In this document: piece after piece, positions 1 to 10,246 of the stretch
How the letters are laid out: the number at the start of each line of letters is the position of its first letter
Position numbering within the stretch: position 1 is the stretch's first letter
DNA from: an uncultured Gemmatimonadales bacterium
GTDB lineage: Bacteria > Gemmatimonadota > Gemmatimonadetes > Gemmatimonadales > GWC2-71-9
Assembly (NCBI GenBank): GCA_963825055.1
Contig: CAWGSK010000013.1
Location: 263,172-327,171, forward strand
Length of the DNA: 64,000 bases
Direction of reading: 5' to 3'
Notes under the pieces: generated by a model
What the model was told of the DNA's origin: nothing
Database searches by the model: none
What the model saw: only the letters and a program-made list of their open reading frames with translations
Translations under genes and position numbers: made by a program

Positions 1-380
1 GCAAAATCGGCGAATGCGATGGCAGTGGAGGCCTCGAAGAATGTGGCCTCCCGCTCACGGATCAGCGGCTCGAGCCGGCTGGTCCACATCGCCACGGCAT
101 CCTCGGTGATCGGCTGGCCGTCCACCATGATCCGCTCGCGGAATGACACCAGGTGCGGCGAGGTGTAGAGCCCGGTGCGCCAGCCCGCCGTGCGGAGCGA
201 TTCCGCCATGAGCGCGGCCACGCTCCCCTTCCCGTTAGTCCCCGCAACATGAATGGTGGGATACACCAGGTGTGGCGACCCGAGATCCTCCACCAGCGCG
301 GCGGTCGTCTCCAGCCCGAACCTGATGGTGGTGGTCCGGGGGAACAGAAAGTCGAGCGCCGACTGATAGGTCCTCACCAC
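1..380 (-). CDS. folC: Folylpolyglutamate synthase/dihydrofolate synthase, 5' part (runs off window start)
   Basis: Manual translation: MVRTYQSALDFLFPR..IHVAGTNGKGS..GLYTSPHLVSFRERI..ATFFE; downstream of accD. Confidence 0.92.
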   Translation of the reverse strand, partial: MVRTYQSALDFLFPRTTTIRFGLETTAALVEDLGSPHLVYPTIHVAGTNGKGSVAALMAESLRTAGWRTGLYTSPHLVSFRERIMVDGQPITEDAVAMWTSRLEPLIREREATFFEASTAIAFADF

Positions 381-412
381 GGGGCACCCGCCTGTCCGCA
401 GGCTGCCTCAGA

Positions 413-514
413 CCTCACCACGAAGTGCACGAAGGACACAAAGGAAAAGCCTGGATGAATGTTCCCTTCATGACGACCCATCACTTCGTGCCCTTCGTGG
501 CCTTTGTGGTGGGG
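413..514. repeat. Inverted repeat of 9-nt units (CACGAAGGA-like); gene-less copy of the GxxExxY-flanking family
   Basis: Arms 413-443 cctcaccacgaagtgcacgaaggacacaaag and 484-514 cttcgtgcccttcgtggcctttgtggtgggg, 25/31 complementary. Confidence 0.85.
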
Positions 515-584
515 CTGTTGCCATGGTCCAGAAAAAACGCCCCATGAACCATCAGGGCGTCTGAAACACGTTTCCATCACCCGC

Positions 585-1463
585 TCAGGCGTACTGCAGT
601 TCGGGCACCTCCGGCTGGCGCTGCCCCTGCATGTGCCGCAGCAGGCGGGCGGTCGTCTCGCGCAGGCTGGCGCGGGGAACGACGTCGTCAATCTGGCCGT
701 GGTCCAGCAGGAACTCCGCGGTCTGGAACCCCGGCGGCAGGTCCTGCCCGATGGTCTGCTTGATGACCCGCTGGCCCGCGAACCCGATTACGGCCCCCGG
801 CTCGGCGAGAATGACGTCACCCTGCATGGCGAAGGAGGCGGACACGCCGCCCGTCGTCGGATTGGTCAGGATGGAGATATACGGGATGGCGAGGCGCTTC
901 AACTGGGCGATCATGGCGCTGGTCTTGGCCAGCTGCATGAGGGAGAGCACACCCTCCTGCATCCGGGCCCCGCCGGACGTGGAGACGATGACAAGGGGCA
1001 GCCGCTTCTCGGCTGAACGCCGGGCGAGCCGCGCGATCTTCTCGCCCACAACGGAGCCCATCGACCCGCCCATGAAGGCGAAGTTCATCACTCCCAGATT
1101 GTACGGAATCCCGTCCACCCGCCCCGAACCGGTGAAGATCGCGTCCTGGTCACCCGACTTCCGGTACGCCGCCTCCAGCCGCTCGGGATAGTTCTCGAAC
1201 GTCAGCGGGTCGCTCGAACGGAGGTTGGTGAACATCTCCTTCCATGACCCGGCGTCAGTCAGCAGCTCCACGTAGCCCGCCGCCGTGAACCGCCGGTGGT
1301 CCCCGCACTCCGGGCAGACGTTCAGGGCCTTCTCGAACCGCTCCCTGATATCGACATGCCCGCAGGCCTCGCACTTCTCCCACGCATCGACCGGGATTTC
1401 CAGTCGTTCACGCTGCGAGACGCGGGGTTTCCGCTCTTTCTTGAACCACGCCATAACAGCCAT
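585..1463 (-). CDS. accD: Acetyl-CoA carboxylase carboxyltransferase beta subunit
   Basis: Zn finger CEAC..CPEC, FMGGSMGSVVGEK, SGGARMQEG, PTTGGVSASFA. Confidence 0.97.
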   Translation of the reverse strand: MAVMAWFKKERKPRVSQRERLEIPVDAWEKCEACGHVDIRERFEKALNVCPECGDHRRFTAAGYVELLTDAGSWKEMFTNLRSSDPLTFENYPERLEAAYRKSGDQDAIFTGSGRVDGIPYNLGVMNFAFMGGSMGSVVGEKIARLARRSAEKRLPLVIVSTSGGARMQEGVLSLMQLAKTSAMIAQLKRLAIPYISILTNPTTGGVSASFAMQGDVILAEPGAVIGFAGQRVIKQTIGQDLPPGFQTAEFLLDHGQIDDVVPRASLRETTARLLRHMQGQRQPEVPELQYA

Positions 1464-1562
1464 AGGCTCGGCATTGGGGGGAAGAGTGAGCCCCTAATCT
1501 GAGGGCTCAGGAGGACTCGCGCCAGACCTTGACGTGTAAGATGCTGAAATCAAATGACTTAT

Positions 1563-1758
1563 GGACAGGGCGGACAGGGCGGACAGGGCGGAAGGGCGGA
1601 CGGGCGGACGGGCGGACGGGGCATCGGGAGTCGGGAGTCGGGAGGTCGAGAGGTCGAGAGGTCGCAGATAGGAGAACATCTTCCCTACTCCCTACTCCCA
1701 ACTCCCTACTCACCACTCACCACTCGCCATTTGCCACGGGCCACTGGCCACTCACCAC
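1563..1758. repeat. Composite short tandem repeats with inverted heptamer arms
   Basis: (ggacagggc)x3, ggacgggc-like 8-mers, (tcgggag)x3, (gtcgagag)x2, then 11 heptamers tccctac/tcaccac/ttgccac at 1682-1758. Confidence 0.9.
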
Positions 1759-1762
1759 CCGT

Positions 1763-3004
1763 TCAAAGATCCGCATACCCGCTCATCCGACTGTCCCAGG
1801 CCACCCGGAGTGCCATTCCCAGGCAAAGGGCGCAGACCACCAGGAAGGACCCGCCATAGCTGAAGAACGGCAGCGGGATGCCGGTGATCGGCATGAGGTT
1901 CACCGTCATCCCCACATTTTCGAAGATATGCGTGAACAGGAGGCCCAGCACACCGAAGACCAGGAGGCTGCTGAAGGGGTCGGTCGCCCGGCGGGCGATC
2001 CGGACCAGCACCAGGAACAGCCCGAAGAAGAGCGCAAGGGCAATGAAGACGCCCACAAACCCGAGTTCCTCGCCCACCACGGAGAAGATGAAGTCGGTAT
2101 GCTGGGCGGGCAGGAAGGCGAGGCGTTTCTGCGGGCCCTCGAGGTATCCGTTGCCGAGGAGGCCGCCGGACCCGATCGCCACCTTCGACTGGATCGCGTG
2201 GTATCCGGCGTGGAGCGGATCAACCTCGGGGTTCAGGAAGGTGAGCAGCCGGTTCTGCTGGTAGGGCGCCAGCTTCCGCCAGAGCGGCATCGCGATGAAG
2301 CCCATCGCTACGTTCACCAGCCAGATCCCGACCCCCTCAACCGCGAAAGGCCGCCACACGAAAAGCAGGATCGTGAACAGGATCATCCAGCCGAGCCAGG
2401 TCCAGGTGTTGAACGCGAGCAGCAGGCTCAACACGGGCGAGGCCAGGAGAATCAGCAGCCAGGGCCGCACTCCCGCCCAGAACAGCATGGCGAACAGGAT
2501 GCCGATGAAGACCAGGGCGCTCCCCAGGTCCGGCTGCTTGAGCACCAGCAGGAACGGAACCCCCGCGAGCAGGCAGGGCGCCGCCAGCTCGCGCAGCGTT
2601 GCGGGCGCCTCACGCCGTCCCGAGAGGTAGCGGGCGAGCATGAGGATCACGGCGATCTTCGCCAGTTCGGCGGGTTGGCCGATCTGGTGGCCGCCGATGG
2701 ACAGCCAGCTCTTCGTGCCGGCCGCCGTTCCGGCGCCCGTGCCCACCACCAGAGTCACGAGCAGCAGCAGCAGCGCTACCCCGTAAGCGAATGGCGCCAG
2801 CCATTCCAGCAGCCGCGGGCTGACCCGGAACATCACCCAGCCGGACACCGAGGCGATCCCGAGCCACATGAGCTGGCGCTTCCAGACGCCTGTGGCCTGG
2901 GTGGCGACATCGGTCTGTCCCGCCGAGTAGAGCACGAGCACGCCGTACAGGATCAGCCCGAAGACGAGGAGAAGGGTCGGACGGTCCACGCCAAGGCGCC
3001 GCAT
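1763..3004 (-). CDS. rodA: Rod shape-determining protein RodA (SEDS family)
   Basis: QPAELAK, LKQPDLGSA, GYHAIQSKVAIGSGG, HTDFIFSVVGEELG, PITGIPLPFFSYGGS; own ATG at 3004. Confidence 0.95.
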   Translation of the reverse strand: MRRLGVDRPTLLLVFGLILYGVLVLYSAGQTDVATQATGVWKRQLMWLGIASVSGWVMFRVSPRLLEWLAPFAYGVALLLLLVTLVVGTGAGTAAGTKSWLSIGGHQIGQPAELAKIAVILMLARYLSGRREAPATLRELAAPCLLAGVPFLLVLKQPDLGSALVFIGILFAMLFWAGVRPWLLILLASPVLSLLLAFNTWTWLGWMILFTILLFVWRPFAVEGVGIWLVNVAMGFIAMPLWRKLAPYQQNRLLTFLNPEVDPLHAGYHAIQSKVAIGSGGLLGNGYLEGPQKRLAFLPAQHTDFIFSVVGEELGFVGVFIALALFFGLFLVLVRIARRATDPFSSLLVFGVLGLLFTHIFENVGMTVNLMPITGIPLPFFSYGGSFLVVCALCLGMALRVAWDSRMSGYADL

Positions 3005-3006
3005 GG

Positions 3007-4912
3007 TCAGCGGACCTCGGGGCGGAAGGTGGTGGGGGGGGCCCGGAGGGGCCCGGGGGCCGTGACCGACGGCGAGGGCGCCGGCTGGCTGTCGGGATGC
3101 AGCTCGAGGGGCCGGGGCGCTGAATCGACCGGTACGTCCACCAGCGGCAGTCGCTTCGTGTCCACCACCGCGTCGGGGCCAACGATGTACCGCTTCGCGA
3201 TCGCGCTGACGAAGGGGCCGACGTTCGAGCCGTGCTCCGCGAACTCCATGACCATGCCGATGACAATCTCCGGCTTGTCCGCGGGCGCGAAACCCCAGGA
3301 ACCAGCCGTGGTCCTTGCCGTGGCTGTTCTGGGCGGTTCCGGTCTTGCCCGCCAGAACGAAATCCCGCTGCCGGCTCCGGGCGCCGGTGCCGCGCTCCAC
3401 CACGGCCACCAGCGCCTGGCGGAGCTGCTCTGCCTGCTCGGGGCTGATCCCGAATTCCCGGGTCCGGTCGCTGGTCGGGTGCACGAGGTAGGGGATGTGC
3501 TCCACCCCGCCGTTCGCGAGGCCCTGGTAGAACCGTGTCATCCCGACCACGCTCTGGGTGTTCTCGCCCTGTCCAATCGCAAAGTTCATGACGACCGAGC
3601 CCGCGGTCCATCCGCGCGGGCCGTAGGCCTCGTCGAAGTAGGATACGCTCGCGGGGTAAATCGGGCTGATCTCGTGGGCAAGGTCGATTCCCGATCGCTC
3701 CCGGAACCCGAGCTGGACCCCCTCCTCCAGCACCGTCTCGAGGCCGAGCCGCGTGCCGAGCTGGTAGAAGTAGACGTCGCAGCTCTGGGTGATCGCCCCC
3801 GTGAGGTCCAGCGACCCGTGGCCTTCCTTCTTCCAGCAACGGAAATACCGGTTGCCGAACTGGATCCCTCCCCGGCAGGGGATGTCCATCCGCGATTTGA
3901 TGTTGATCACCCCGCGCTTCAACCCCATGACCGCCATGGCCAGCTTGAAGGGTGACGCAGGCGGATATCGGGCCTGGATCGCGCGGTTGAGGAGCGGATG
4001 CGCCGGGTCCTCGACCAGCTCCCGATACTCCCGGGCGGAGATGCCGCCGATGAAGGCGTTGGGATCGAAGGCGGGCGCCGAGTAGAGAGCCAGGACCTGG
4101 CCCTCGGGAGTCATCGCAACCATGGCGCCCCGGACACCCTCGGGCCAGATGCTGTCGGTGAACTGCTGGAGTTCCAGGTCGAGCGTCGTGTGGAGCGGTT
4201 CGCCCGGCACCGGCGGCAGGGGCGGCGTCACGCCTTCCTCGCGCACCATCCGTCCCCGCGCGTCCACCTCCACGTACCTCACGCCGCGCTGGCCCCGCAG
4301 GATGGAGTCGTACTCCTGCTCCAGGCCGTATCTCCCCACCTCGGTGCCCGGCTCGGCGCCGGGATACCGGTCCTTCTCGAGATCGGACTCCGAGACCTCG
4401 CTCACGTACCCCGCCACATGGGCCACGGCCCTGCCCGCGGGATAGAATCGCTTGGGCTCAGCCTGAACGACCAATCCCGGCAGCAGCATCCGGTGTTCCT
4501 CGAGTTTCGCGACCACATCGAGCGGCGCGTCACCCAGTACCTGCGCGGGCTGGTATACCGCCTGCCGGTACCGGCGGAGCACATCCTGGATGGCGTCGTC
4601 CTCCAGCGGGACAACGGTCGCAAAACGGCGGAGCACGGCCTCCAGTGAGTCCGCGTTGGTTGCCAGCAGTTTTACCGTGTAGCCGGGAACGTTTTCGGCC
4701 ACGATCCTGCCGTTGCGGTCATAAATGACGCCACGGGGGGCGGCGAGGGGGACAGCCCGCAGGCGGTTCTTCTGCGCCCGGAGCTGGTACTGGTCATGCT
4801 GGACGACCTGCGCCCGGAAGAACGCGACGGCCAGCACGAGGAAGGCCACGCCGAGGATGGCGCGGGCGGCCGTGGCGCGCTGGTGCATGCGGGTGGAGTG
4901 AAATTCGTTCAT
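3007..4912 (-). CDS. mrdA: Penicillin-binding protein 2 (one apparent frameshift near 3290)
   Basis: PRGVIYDRNG, SPFK, SCD and KTGTAQ motifs; C-terminus continues in the 3007..3255 frame (HGSNVGPFV). Confidence 0.92.
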
Positions 4913-5409
4913 TCCTCAAACCGCATTTCCAGCCATTCACGGAACACGATCAGCACGACCACCCCGGCCAGCGCCGTCGTCAGTGCCTGAAGCGGCGACC
5001 AGATCAGGAGCCGGCGCCAGAGATCGTGGGTCGAGGCCCCGCTCGCCACGAGGACGATCAGGTCGCGGATCCAGAGGCCGCCGGCAAAGACCCCGGCGCT
5101 CACGATCACATTGTCGGCGAAGAAGACAGCCCGGCCCCACGCCGCGAGGTACCCCACTACCGTGTGAGCCAGCACGCCGGCGCCAAAACGGGCCGGTGTC
5201 AGGCTGTCGCTCAGCAGGCCCACGAGGAACCCCGCGATGGCCGCGTCGCCCGGCCGGCTCCGGATCGCGTACACCAGGAGCGCGATGAGCAGGAAGTCCG
5301 GCGCCGCACGGCCGGTGAACAGCCTCGGCCGGACATAGAAGTGCAGCAGCAGCAACAGCAGCAGCACCAGGAGCATCCGCCCCCGGCTCGAGATCCGGAC
5401 GAGGGTCAT
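4909..5409 (-). CDS. mreD: Rod shape-determining protein MreD
   Basis: Hydrophobic, PDFLLI..GFLVGLLSD; located between mreC and mrdA. Confidence 0.88.
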   Translation of the reverse strand: MTLVRISSRGRMLLVLLLLLLLHFYVRPRLFTGRAAPDFLLIALLVYAIRSRPGDAAIAGFLVGLLSDSLTPARFGAGVLAHTVVGYLAAWGRAVFFADNVIVSAGVFAGGLWIRDLIVLVASGASTHDLWRRLLIWSPLQALTTALAGVVVLIVFREWLEMRFEE

Positions 5410-6251
5410 GGCGTGCTGTCCCCCCGGAAGGCCCCATCCAGGGGAGGACGGTCCGTACCGGTCAGGATCATGACGTGCCGCACCGTGGCCGGGTTGGCCG
5501 CGGGGCGGAGCATGTACGAGCGCTGCCACCCCTTCTCCTCCCGGCTCACGCCGAGCACCGTCCCGATCGGCAGGCCGCGGGGGAACACCCCGCCGAGCCC
5601 GCTCGCCACCACCGGCGTGCCGGGGGCAATCGAGTCGCGGTAGGACACCCCGCGCAATTCGAGCAGGCCTTCCGCGTCAAACCCCGACGGGGCGGCCGCG
5701 ACGATGCCGAACACGCTCGTGTCGCGGGCAAAGGCACTCACGCGGAACTCCGGATGGGCCCAGGTCATCGCGACGCTCCGGTCGCCCTCCACTGCACGAA
5801 TCACCCCGAGCAACCCATCGGAGCTCACGACGGGATCGAACATCTGGACCCCGCTTCCGGCACCGACGCTGAGGAGCAGTGTCTCGCCGTCGGTGGGCGT
5901 CGGCTGGTGGAGCACTTCCGCCGGTACCCAGGCCACGGTCAGCCGGCGACCGAGCCCGAGCAGGGAGCGGAGCGAGGCGTTTTCGGCTTCAAGGGAGGGA
6001 TAGTCCTGCGCGACGAGGGCGATCGAGTCGCGCTGGGCGGCGACAGCCTCGAACCTGGCCCGGCTGGTGCGCGCCTCGATGGCGCTCTGCTGCATCCAGA
6101 GGAACGGAACCAGGACGGTGCTGCGGACCGCGCCGGCGACCTGGTCGCCGAGGCGCTGGGGAATGAACAGGGCCGTCACCGCGAGGAGGACGCAGAGCAG
6201 GAAGCTGATCGTATCCCGCCTGTAGCTGGAAGCGTCCGGCCCCATCGCCAT
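5406..6251 (-). CDS. mreC: Rod shape-determining protein MreC
   Basis: LEAENASLRSLL coiled coil, SGLGGVFPRGLPIGTV. Confidence 0.93.
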   Translation of the reverse strand: MAMGPDASSYRRDTISFLLCVLLAVTALFIPQRLGDQVAGAVRSTVLVPFLWMQQSAIEARTSRARFEAVAAQRDSIALVAQDYPSLEAENASLRSLLGLGRRLTVAWVPAEVLHQPTPTDGETLLLSVGAGSGVQMFDPVVSSDGLLGVIRAVEGDRSVAMTWAHPEFRVSAFARDTSVFGIVAAAPSGFDAEGLLELRGVSYRDSIAPGTPVVASGLGGVFPRGLPIGTVLGVSREEKGWQRSYMLRPAANPATVRHVMILTGTDRPPLDGAFRGDSTP

Positions 6252-6252
6252 C

Positions 6253-7290
6253 TCAGGTCGCTAGCACACTGCGGTATTTCTCGAAGTCGTCGAGAATCCG
6301 GCCGGCACCCCGGACGACGCACGTGAGCGGGTCCTCATCCACGTGGATCGGGAGCCCGGTCTCCTGTGACAGCAGCACGTCCAGGCCGCGGATCAGGGCG
6401 CCGCCCCCGGTCATGATGATGCCACGGTCGACGATATCGCTGGCCAGTTCGGGCGGCGTGATCTCCAGGGCGCGGCGCACCGCGTCCACAATCTGCTGGA
6501 TCGGCTCCTGGAGCGCCTCGCGGATTTCACTCGAGTGCACGCGCACCGTCTTCGGGATGCCGGAGACGAGATCCCGGCCCTTCACTTCCATCTCCTGCTC
6601 CTCGCCGACCGGCGCCGCGGATCCGATCCGGATCTTGATGCCCTCGGCGGTGGGTTCGCCCACGAGCAGGTTGTAGTTCTTCCGCATGAACTGCACGATC
6701 GCCTGGTCCAGTTCGTCGCCGCCGGTCCGGATGGAGGTGTCGCTCACGATGCCGGAGAGCGCGATGACGGCGATCTCGGTGGTGCCGCCGCCGATGTCGA
6801 TCACCATGTTGCCGGTCGGGGTCTCGACCGGCAGTCCCACGCCGATCGCGGCCGCCATCGGCTCGGCCACCATCAGCACCTGCTTGGCACCGGCCGTCTC
6901 GGCGCTGTCCCGCACCGCGCGCCGTTCCACCTCGGTGATCCCGGAGGGCACGCAGACGATCACCCGCGGCTTCACCTTGAACACGTGCTGGTCAATGATG
7001 CGCTTCAGGAAGTGGCGGAGCATCTTCTCGGTCACGTCGAAGTCCGCGATCACCCCGTCCTTGAGCGGCCGGACGGCGAGAATGCTGTCGGGCGTGCGCC
7101 CGAGCATGCGCTTCGCATCGAGGCCGAAGCCCATCGGCTTGCCGGTCGATTTCTCCAGCGCCACGACGGACGGCTCGTTGAGCACGATGCCCTCGCCCTT
7201 CACGTACACCAGGGTGTTGGCCGTGCCGAGATCCACCGCGATCTCGTTGGCGGGCAGGAGCGAGCCGAGTTTCGGGAAGGAAAACTTCAT
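6253..7290 (-). CDS. mreB: Rod shape-determining protein MreB
   Basis: DLGTANT, EPMAAAIG, DIGGGTTEIA, TGGGAL. Confidence 0.98.
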   Translation of the reverse strand: MKFSFPKLGSLLPANEIAVDLGTANTLVYVKGEGIVLNEPSVVALEKSTGKPMGFGLDAKRMLGRTPDSILAVRPLKDGVIADFDVTEKMLRHFLKRIIDQHVFKVKPRVIVCVPSGITEVERRAVRDSAETAGAKQVLMVAEPMAAAIGVGLPVETPTGNMVIDIGGGTTEIAVIALSGIVSDTSIRTGGDELDQAIVQFMRKNYNLLVGEPTAEGIKIRIGSAAPVGEEQEMEVKGRDLVSGIPKTVRVHSSEIREALQEPIQQIVDAVRRALEITPPELASDIVDRGIIMTGGGALIRGLDVLLSQETGLPIHVDEDPLTCVVRGAGRILDDFEKYRSVLAT

Positions 7291-7378
7291 CAGGAAGTCA
7301 GGGCGTCCATGGGGTGATAACCTAACGTCTGGGAAGAGGGCCTACAAGCACGTGCAGGACGATTGCGCGGCCTGGCCG

Positions 7379-7825
7379 CTACCGGCCGGTGCTCCCGAAT
7401 CCGCCGTGCCCCCGCGCGGTGTCCTCGAGGTCCGCCACGGGCTCGAATGCCACCTGCGCGACCCGGGCGAACACCATCTGTGCAATCCGCATGCCCCGCT
7501 CGACCCCGAAGGGCTCCGCGCCGAGGTTGACCAGGGCGACCTTGACCTCCCCACGGTAATCGCTGTCGATCGTGGCCGGGGCGTTGGCCAGGGTCACGCC
7601 GTGACGGAGGGCGAGCCCCGAGCGGGGCCGCAGCTGGCACTCGTATCCTGCGGGGATGGCAAGGCGAAATCCGGTAGCGAACAGGCGCCGCCCGCCGGGC
7701 TCCAGGAGGCCTTCCTCGGCGCTGGCCAGGTCGTACCCGGCCGCGCCGGGGGTGCCCTGGACCGGCAGCGGGAGCCCCTCGCCGTGGGCCAGCCGGGAGA
7801 TCCGTATGCCGAGCGGTTCAGCCAC
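7379..7825 (-). CDS. dut: dUTP diphosphatase
   Basis: [34 protein letters not shown]. Confidence 0.97.
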   Translation of the reverse strand: MAEPLGIRISRLAHGEGLPLPVQGTPGAAGYDLASAEEGLLEPGGRRLFATGFRLAIPAGYECQLRPRSGLALRHGVTLANAPATIDSDYRGEVKVALVNLGAEPFGVERGMRIAQMVFARVAQVAFEPVADLEDTARGHGGFGSTGR

Positions 7826-8939
7826 CCTTGAGAACCGACTCCACGTCCACCAGCGGCAGCCCGAAGGCCTCGGCCACGCCGGGGTAGACCACCTTGCCCT
7901 CGACTACGTTGAGGCCGAGGCGGAGGGCCTTGTCGGCCCCGGAGGCCCGCTTCCAGCCGTCCCGCGCGAGACGAATGCCCCAGGGGAGGGTGGCGTTGGT
8001 CAGGGCAAGCGTGGAGGTGCGGGGCACGCCGCCAGGCATGTTGGCCACCGCGTAGTGCAGGATGCCGTCCACAAAGTACGTCGGGTTCTCGTGGGTAGTC
8101 GGCTTGATGGTCTCGACGCAGCCGCCCTGGTCCACCGCCACGTCCACGATGACCGTGCCGGGTTTCATGGTCTTGAGGTCCTCGCGCTTGACGAGGTGCG
8201 GCGCACGGGCCCCGGGAAGGAGTACCGCCCCGACCACGAGGTCGGCCTTGGCGATGGCCTCGAGGATGTTGTGCCGGTTGGAGTAGACGGTATCCACGTT
8301 GGCGGGGAGCACGTCGTCCAGGTACCGCAGCCGGTCGAGCGAGATGTCGAGAATGGTCACGTGCGCGCCCAGCCCCGCGGCCATCTTGGCGGCATTGATG
8401 CCGACCACGCCGCCACCGATGATGGCGACCTCGCCCGGGGCCACGCCCGGCACGCCACCCAGCAGGATGCCGCTGCCCCCGAACACCTTCTCCAGGTACT
8501 TGGCGCCTTCCTGCACCGCCATCCGTCCGGCCACCTCGCTCATCGGCGTGAGCAGCGGCAGCTCGCCATTGGGAAGCTGCACCGTCTCATACGCGACCGC
8601 GATGGCCCCGGATTCGATCACCGCGCGGGTGAGCTTCTCGTCGGCGGCAAAGTGGAAGTAGGTGTAGATCAGTTGCCCTGCCCGCATCCGCGGCCACTCC
8701 GGCGCGATGGGCTCCTTCACCTTCATGATCATGTCGGCCTTCGCCCAGACTTCATCGGCGGTCGGCAGGATCTTCCCGCCCACGGCCGCGTACGCCTCGT
8801 CGGGGAAGCCGCTGCCATCGCCGGCACCCTGCTCGATACAGACCGTGTGACCGGCCCCGGTGAGGGCCTCACACCCCGCGGGGACGAGGGCAACGCGGTT
8901 CTCGTTGGTCTTGATTTCCTTCGGGACGCCGATGATCAT
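7818..8939 (-). CDS. ald: Alanine dehydrogenase
   Basis: [48 protein letters not shown]. Confidence 0.97.
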   Translation of the reverse strand: MIIGVPKEIKTNENRVALVPAGCEALTGAGHTVCIEQGAGDGSGFPDEAYAAVGGKILPTADEVWAKADMIMKVKEPIAPEWPRMRAGQLIYTYFHFAADEKLTRAVIESGAIAVAYETVQLPNGELPLLTPMSEVAGRMAVQEGAKYLEKVFGGSGILLGGVPGVAPGEVAIIGGGVVGINAAKMAAGLGAHVTILDISLDRLRYLDDVLPANVDTVYSNRHNILEAIAKADLVVGAVLLPGARAPHLVKREDLKTMKPGTVIVDVAVDQGGCVETIKPTTHENPTYFVDGILHYAVANMPGGVPRTSTLALTNATLPWGIRLARDGWKRASGADKALRLGLNVVEGKVVYPGVAEAFGLPLVDVESVLKGG

Positions 8940-8973
8940 GGCTCGCTCGGAAAGTAAATGGTCAATTCGTCGG

Positions 8974-10239
8974 TCAGGCGACGGCCCGCTCGGGGCCCAG
9001 CCGCATGATGGTCTGCCGGCCGGGAGCGAAGAACTCCGCCGACACGGCACGCACCTGTTCCACTGTCACTGCGTCGATCGCCCCGCGCAGCTCGTCGAGG
9101 CTCCGGTACCGGTCCTCGTGCAGGGCCATCGCCGCAAGCCGGCTCATCCGGCTGCCCGGGCTTTCCAGCGCCAGCAGCACCTGTCCCTTCAACTGCTGCT
9201 TCCCCTCGTCCAGTTCGGCCTCTCCCAGCGCCTCGTCCGCCACGCGGGCATACTCCGCGAGGATGGCCTCGACCGCCTGGTCCGCCGTGGCCGGCTGGGT
9301 ACCAACGTACACACCCGCAACGCCGGTCGCCCGGTGCAGGTTCTGGTAGGCGTAGATGGCGTAGGCGAGACCGAGTTCCTCACGGATCCGCTGGAACAGC
9401 CGGCTCGACATGCCGCCACCGAAGATATTCACGAGGATGGCGAGGGCAAACCGCCGTTCATCGCGATAGGGGAAGGTGTCGGTGGCAAGGACAATGTGGG
9501 TCTGGGCAGTGTCGCGCGGTTCGCGGTGAGCCCCGCCCCGCACCGCGGGCGCGGCGGCAACGGCAGGCACCGGCGCCCGGGACGCGCCGTCCGCAAACCA
9601 GCCCTCCAGCTCCAGCAGGCCCAGCAGCGCGTCATGGTCCAGGCTGCCGGCCGCCGCGATGACGCAATTGCCGGGGTAGTAGTTGTCCCGGTGGACGCTC
9701 CGGAGGTGTTCCGCCGTCAACCCGCCGACGGTCTCCCTGGTACCGAGGATGGCGTGGCCGTAGCCGTGGGCGGGCCACATCTGCCGGGCCAGCAGGTCGA
9801 AGACCAGGTCGTCCGGGGTGTCATCCACCATGTTGATCTCCTCCAGGACCACGTTCCGCTCGAGCTGGAGGTCGGCATCCTGGAGGAGGGGACGGCGCAC
9901 GAGGTCGGTGAGGACATCCACCGCGCGGGGGAGGTCCTCGTCGACCACATGGGCCTGGAAGTTGGTGTAGTCGCGGCCGGTGTAGGCGTCGAGGCTGCCG
10001 CCCCGCACCTCGAGTTCCATCGCAATCTCGCGCGCGCTGCGGCGCTCGCTGCCCTTGAACACCATGTGCTCGAGCAGGTGGGACACGCCCATGATCGCGG
10101 GCGGTTCATGCGCGCTGGCGGTCCGGACCCAGACGCCGGCGGCCACCGAGCGAATGCCCGGCAGCCGTTCGGTCAGGATGGTGAGGCCGTTCGGGGCCAC
10201 CGAACGGCGCACCCCGGTGTCGAGCTGCTCCGTATCCAT
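8974..10239 (-). CDS. M16 family (pitrilysin-like) peptidase
   Basis: HLLEH inverted Zn motif, [20 protein letters not shown]; follows pnp. Confidence 0.93.
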   Translation of the reverse strand: MDTEQLDTGVRRSVAPNGLTILTERLPGIRSVAAGVWVRTASAHEPPAIMGVSHLLEHMVFKGSERRSAREIAMELEVRGGSLDAYTGRDYTNFQAHVVDEDLPRAVDVLTDLVRRPLLQDADLQLERNVVLEEINMVDDTPDDLVFDLLARQMWPAHGYGHAILGTRETVGGLTAEHLRSVHRDNYYPGNCVIAAAGSLDHDALLGLLELEGWFADGASRAPVPAVAAAPAVRGGAHREPRDTAQTHIVLATDTFPYRDERRFALAILVNIFGGGMSSRLFQRIREELGLAYAIYAYQNLHRATGVAGVYVGTQPATADQAVEAILAEYARVADEALGEAELDEGKQQLKGQVLLALESPGSRMSRLAAMALHEDRYRSLDELRGAIDAVTVEQVRAVSAEFFAPGRQTIMRLGPERAVA

Positions 10240-10246
10240 CGGCCGG

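Noticed and set aside
1535..1561. AT-rich taagatgctgaaatcaaatgactta as an IHF or dif-like site
   Set aside because: Spacing does not match the IHF consensus and it is not a XerCD dif site; it may simply be part of the accD promoter.
1763..4912. Apparent 1049-aa PBP2-RodA fusion
   Set aside because: An extra base near 3290 (GGGGTTT run) shifts mrdA. The real PBP2 C-terminus is in the 3007-3255 frame and rodA has its own ATG at 3004.
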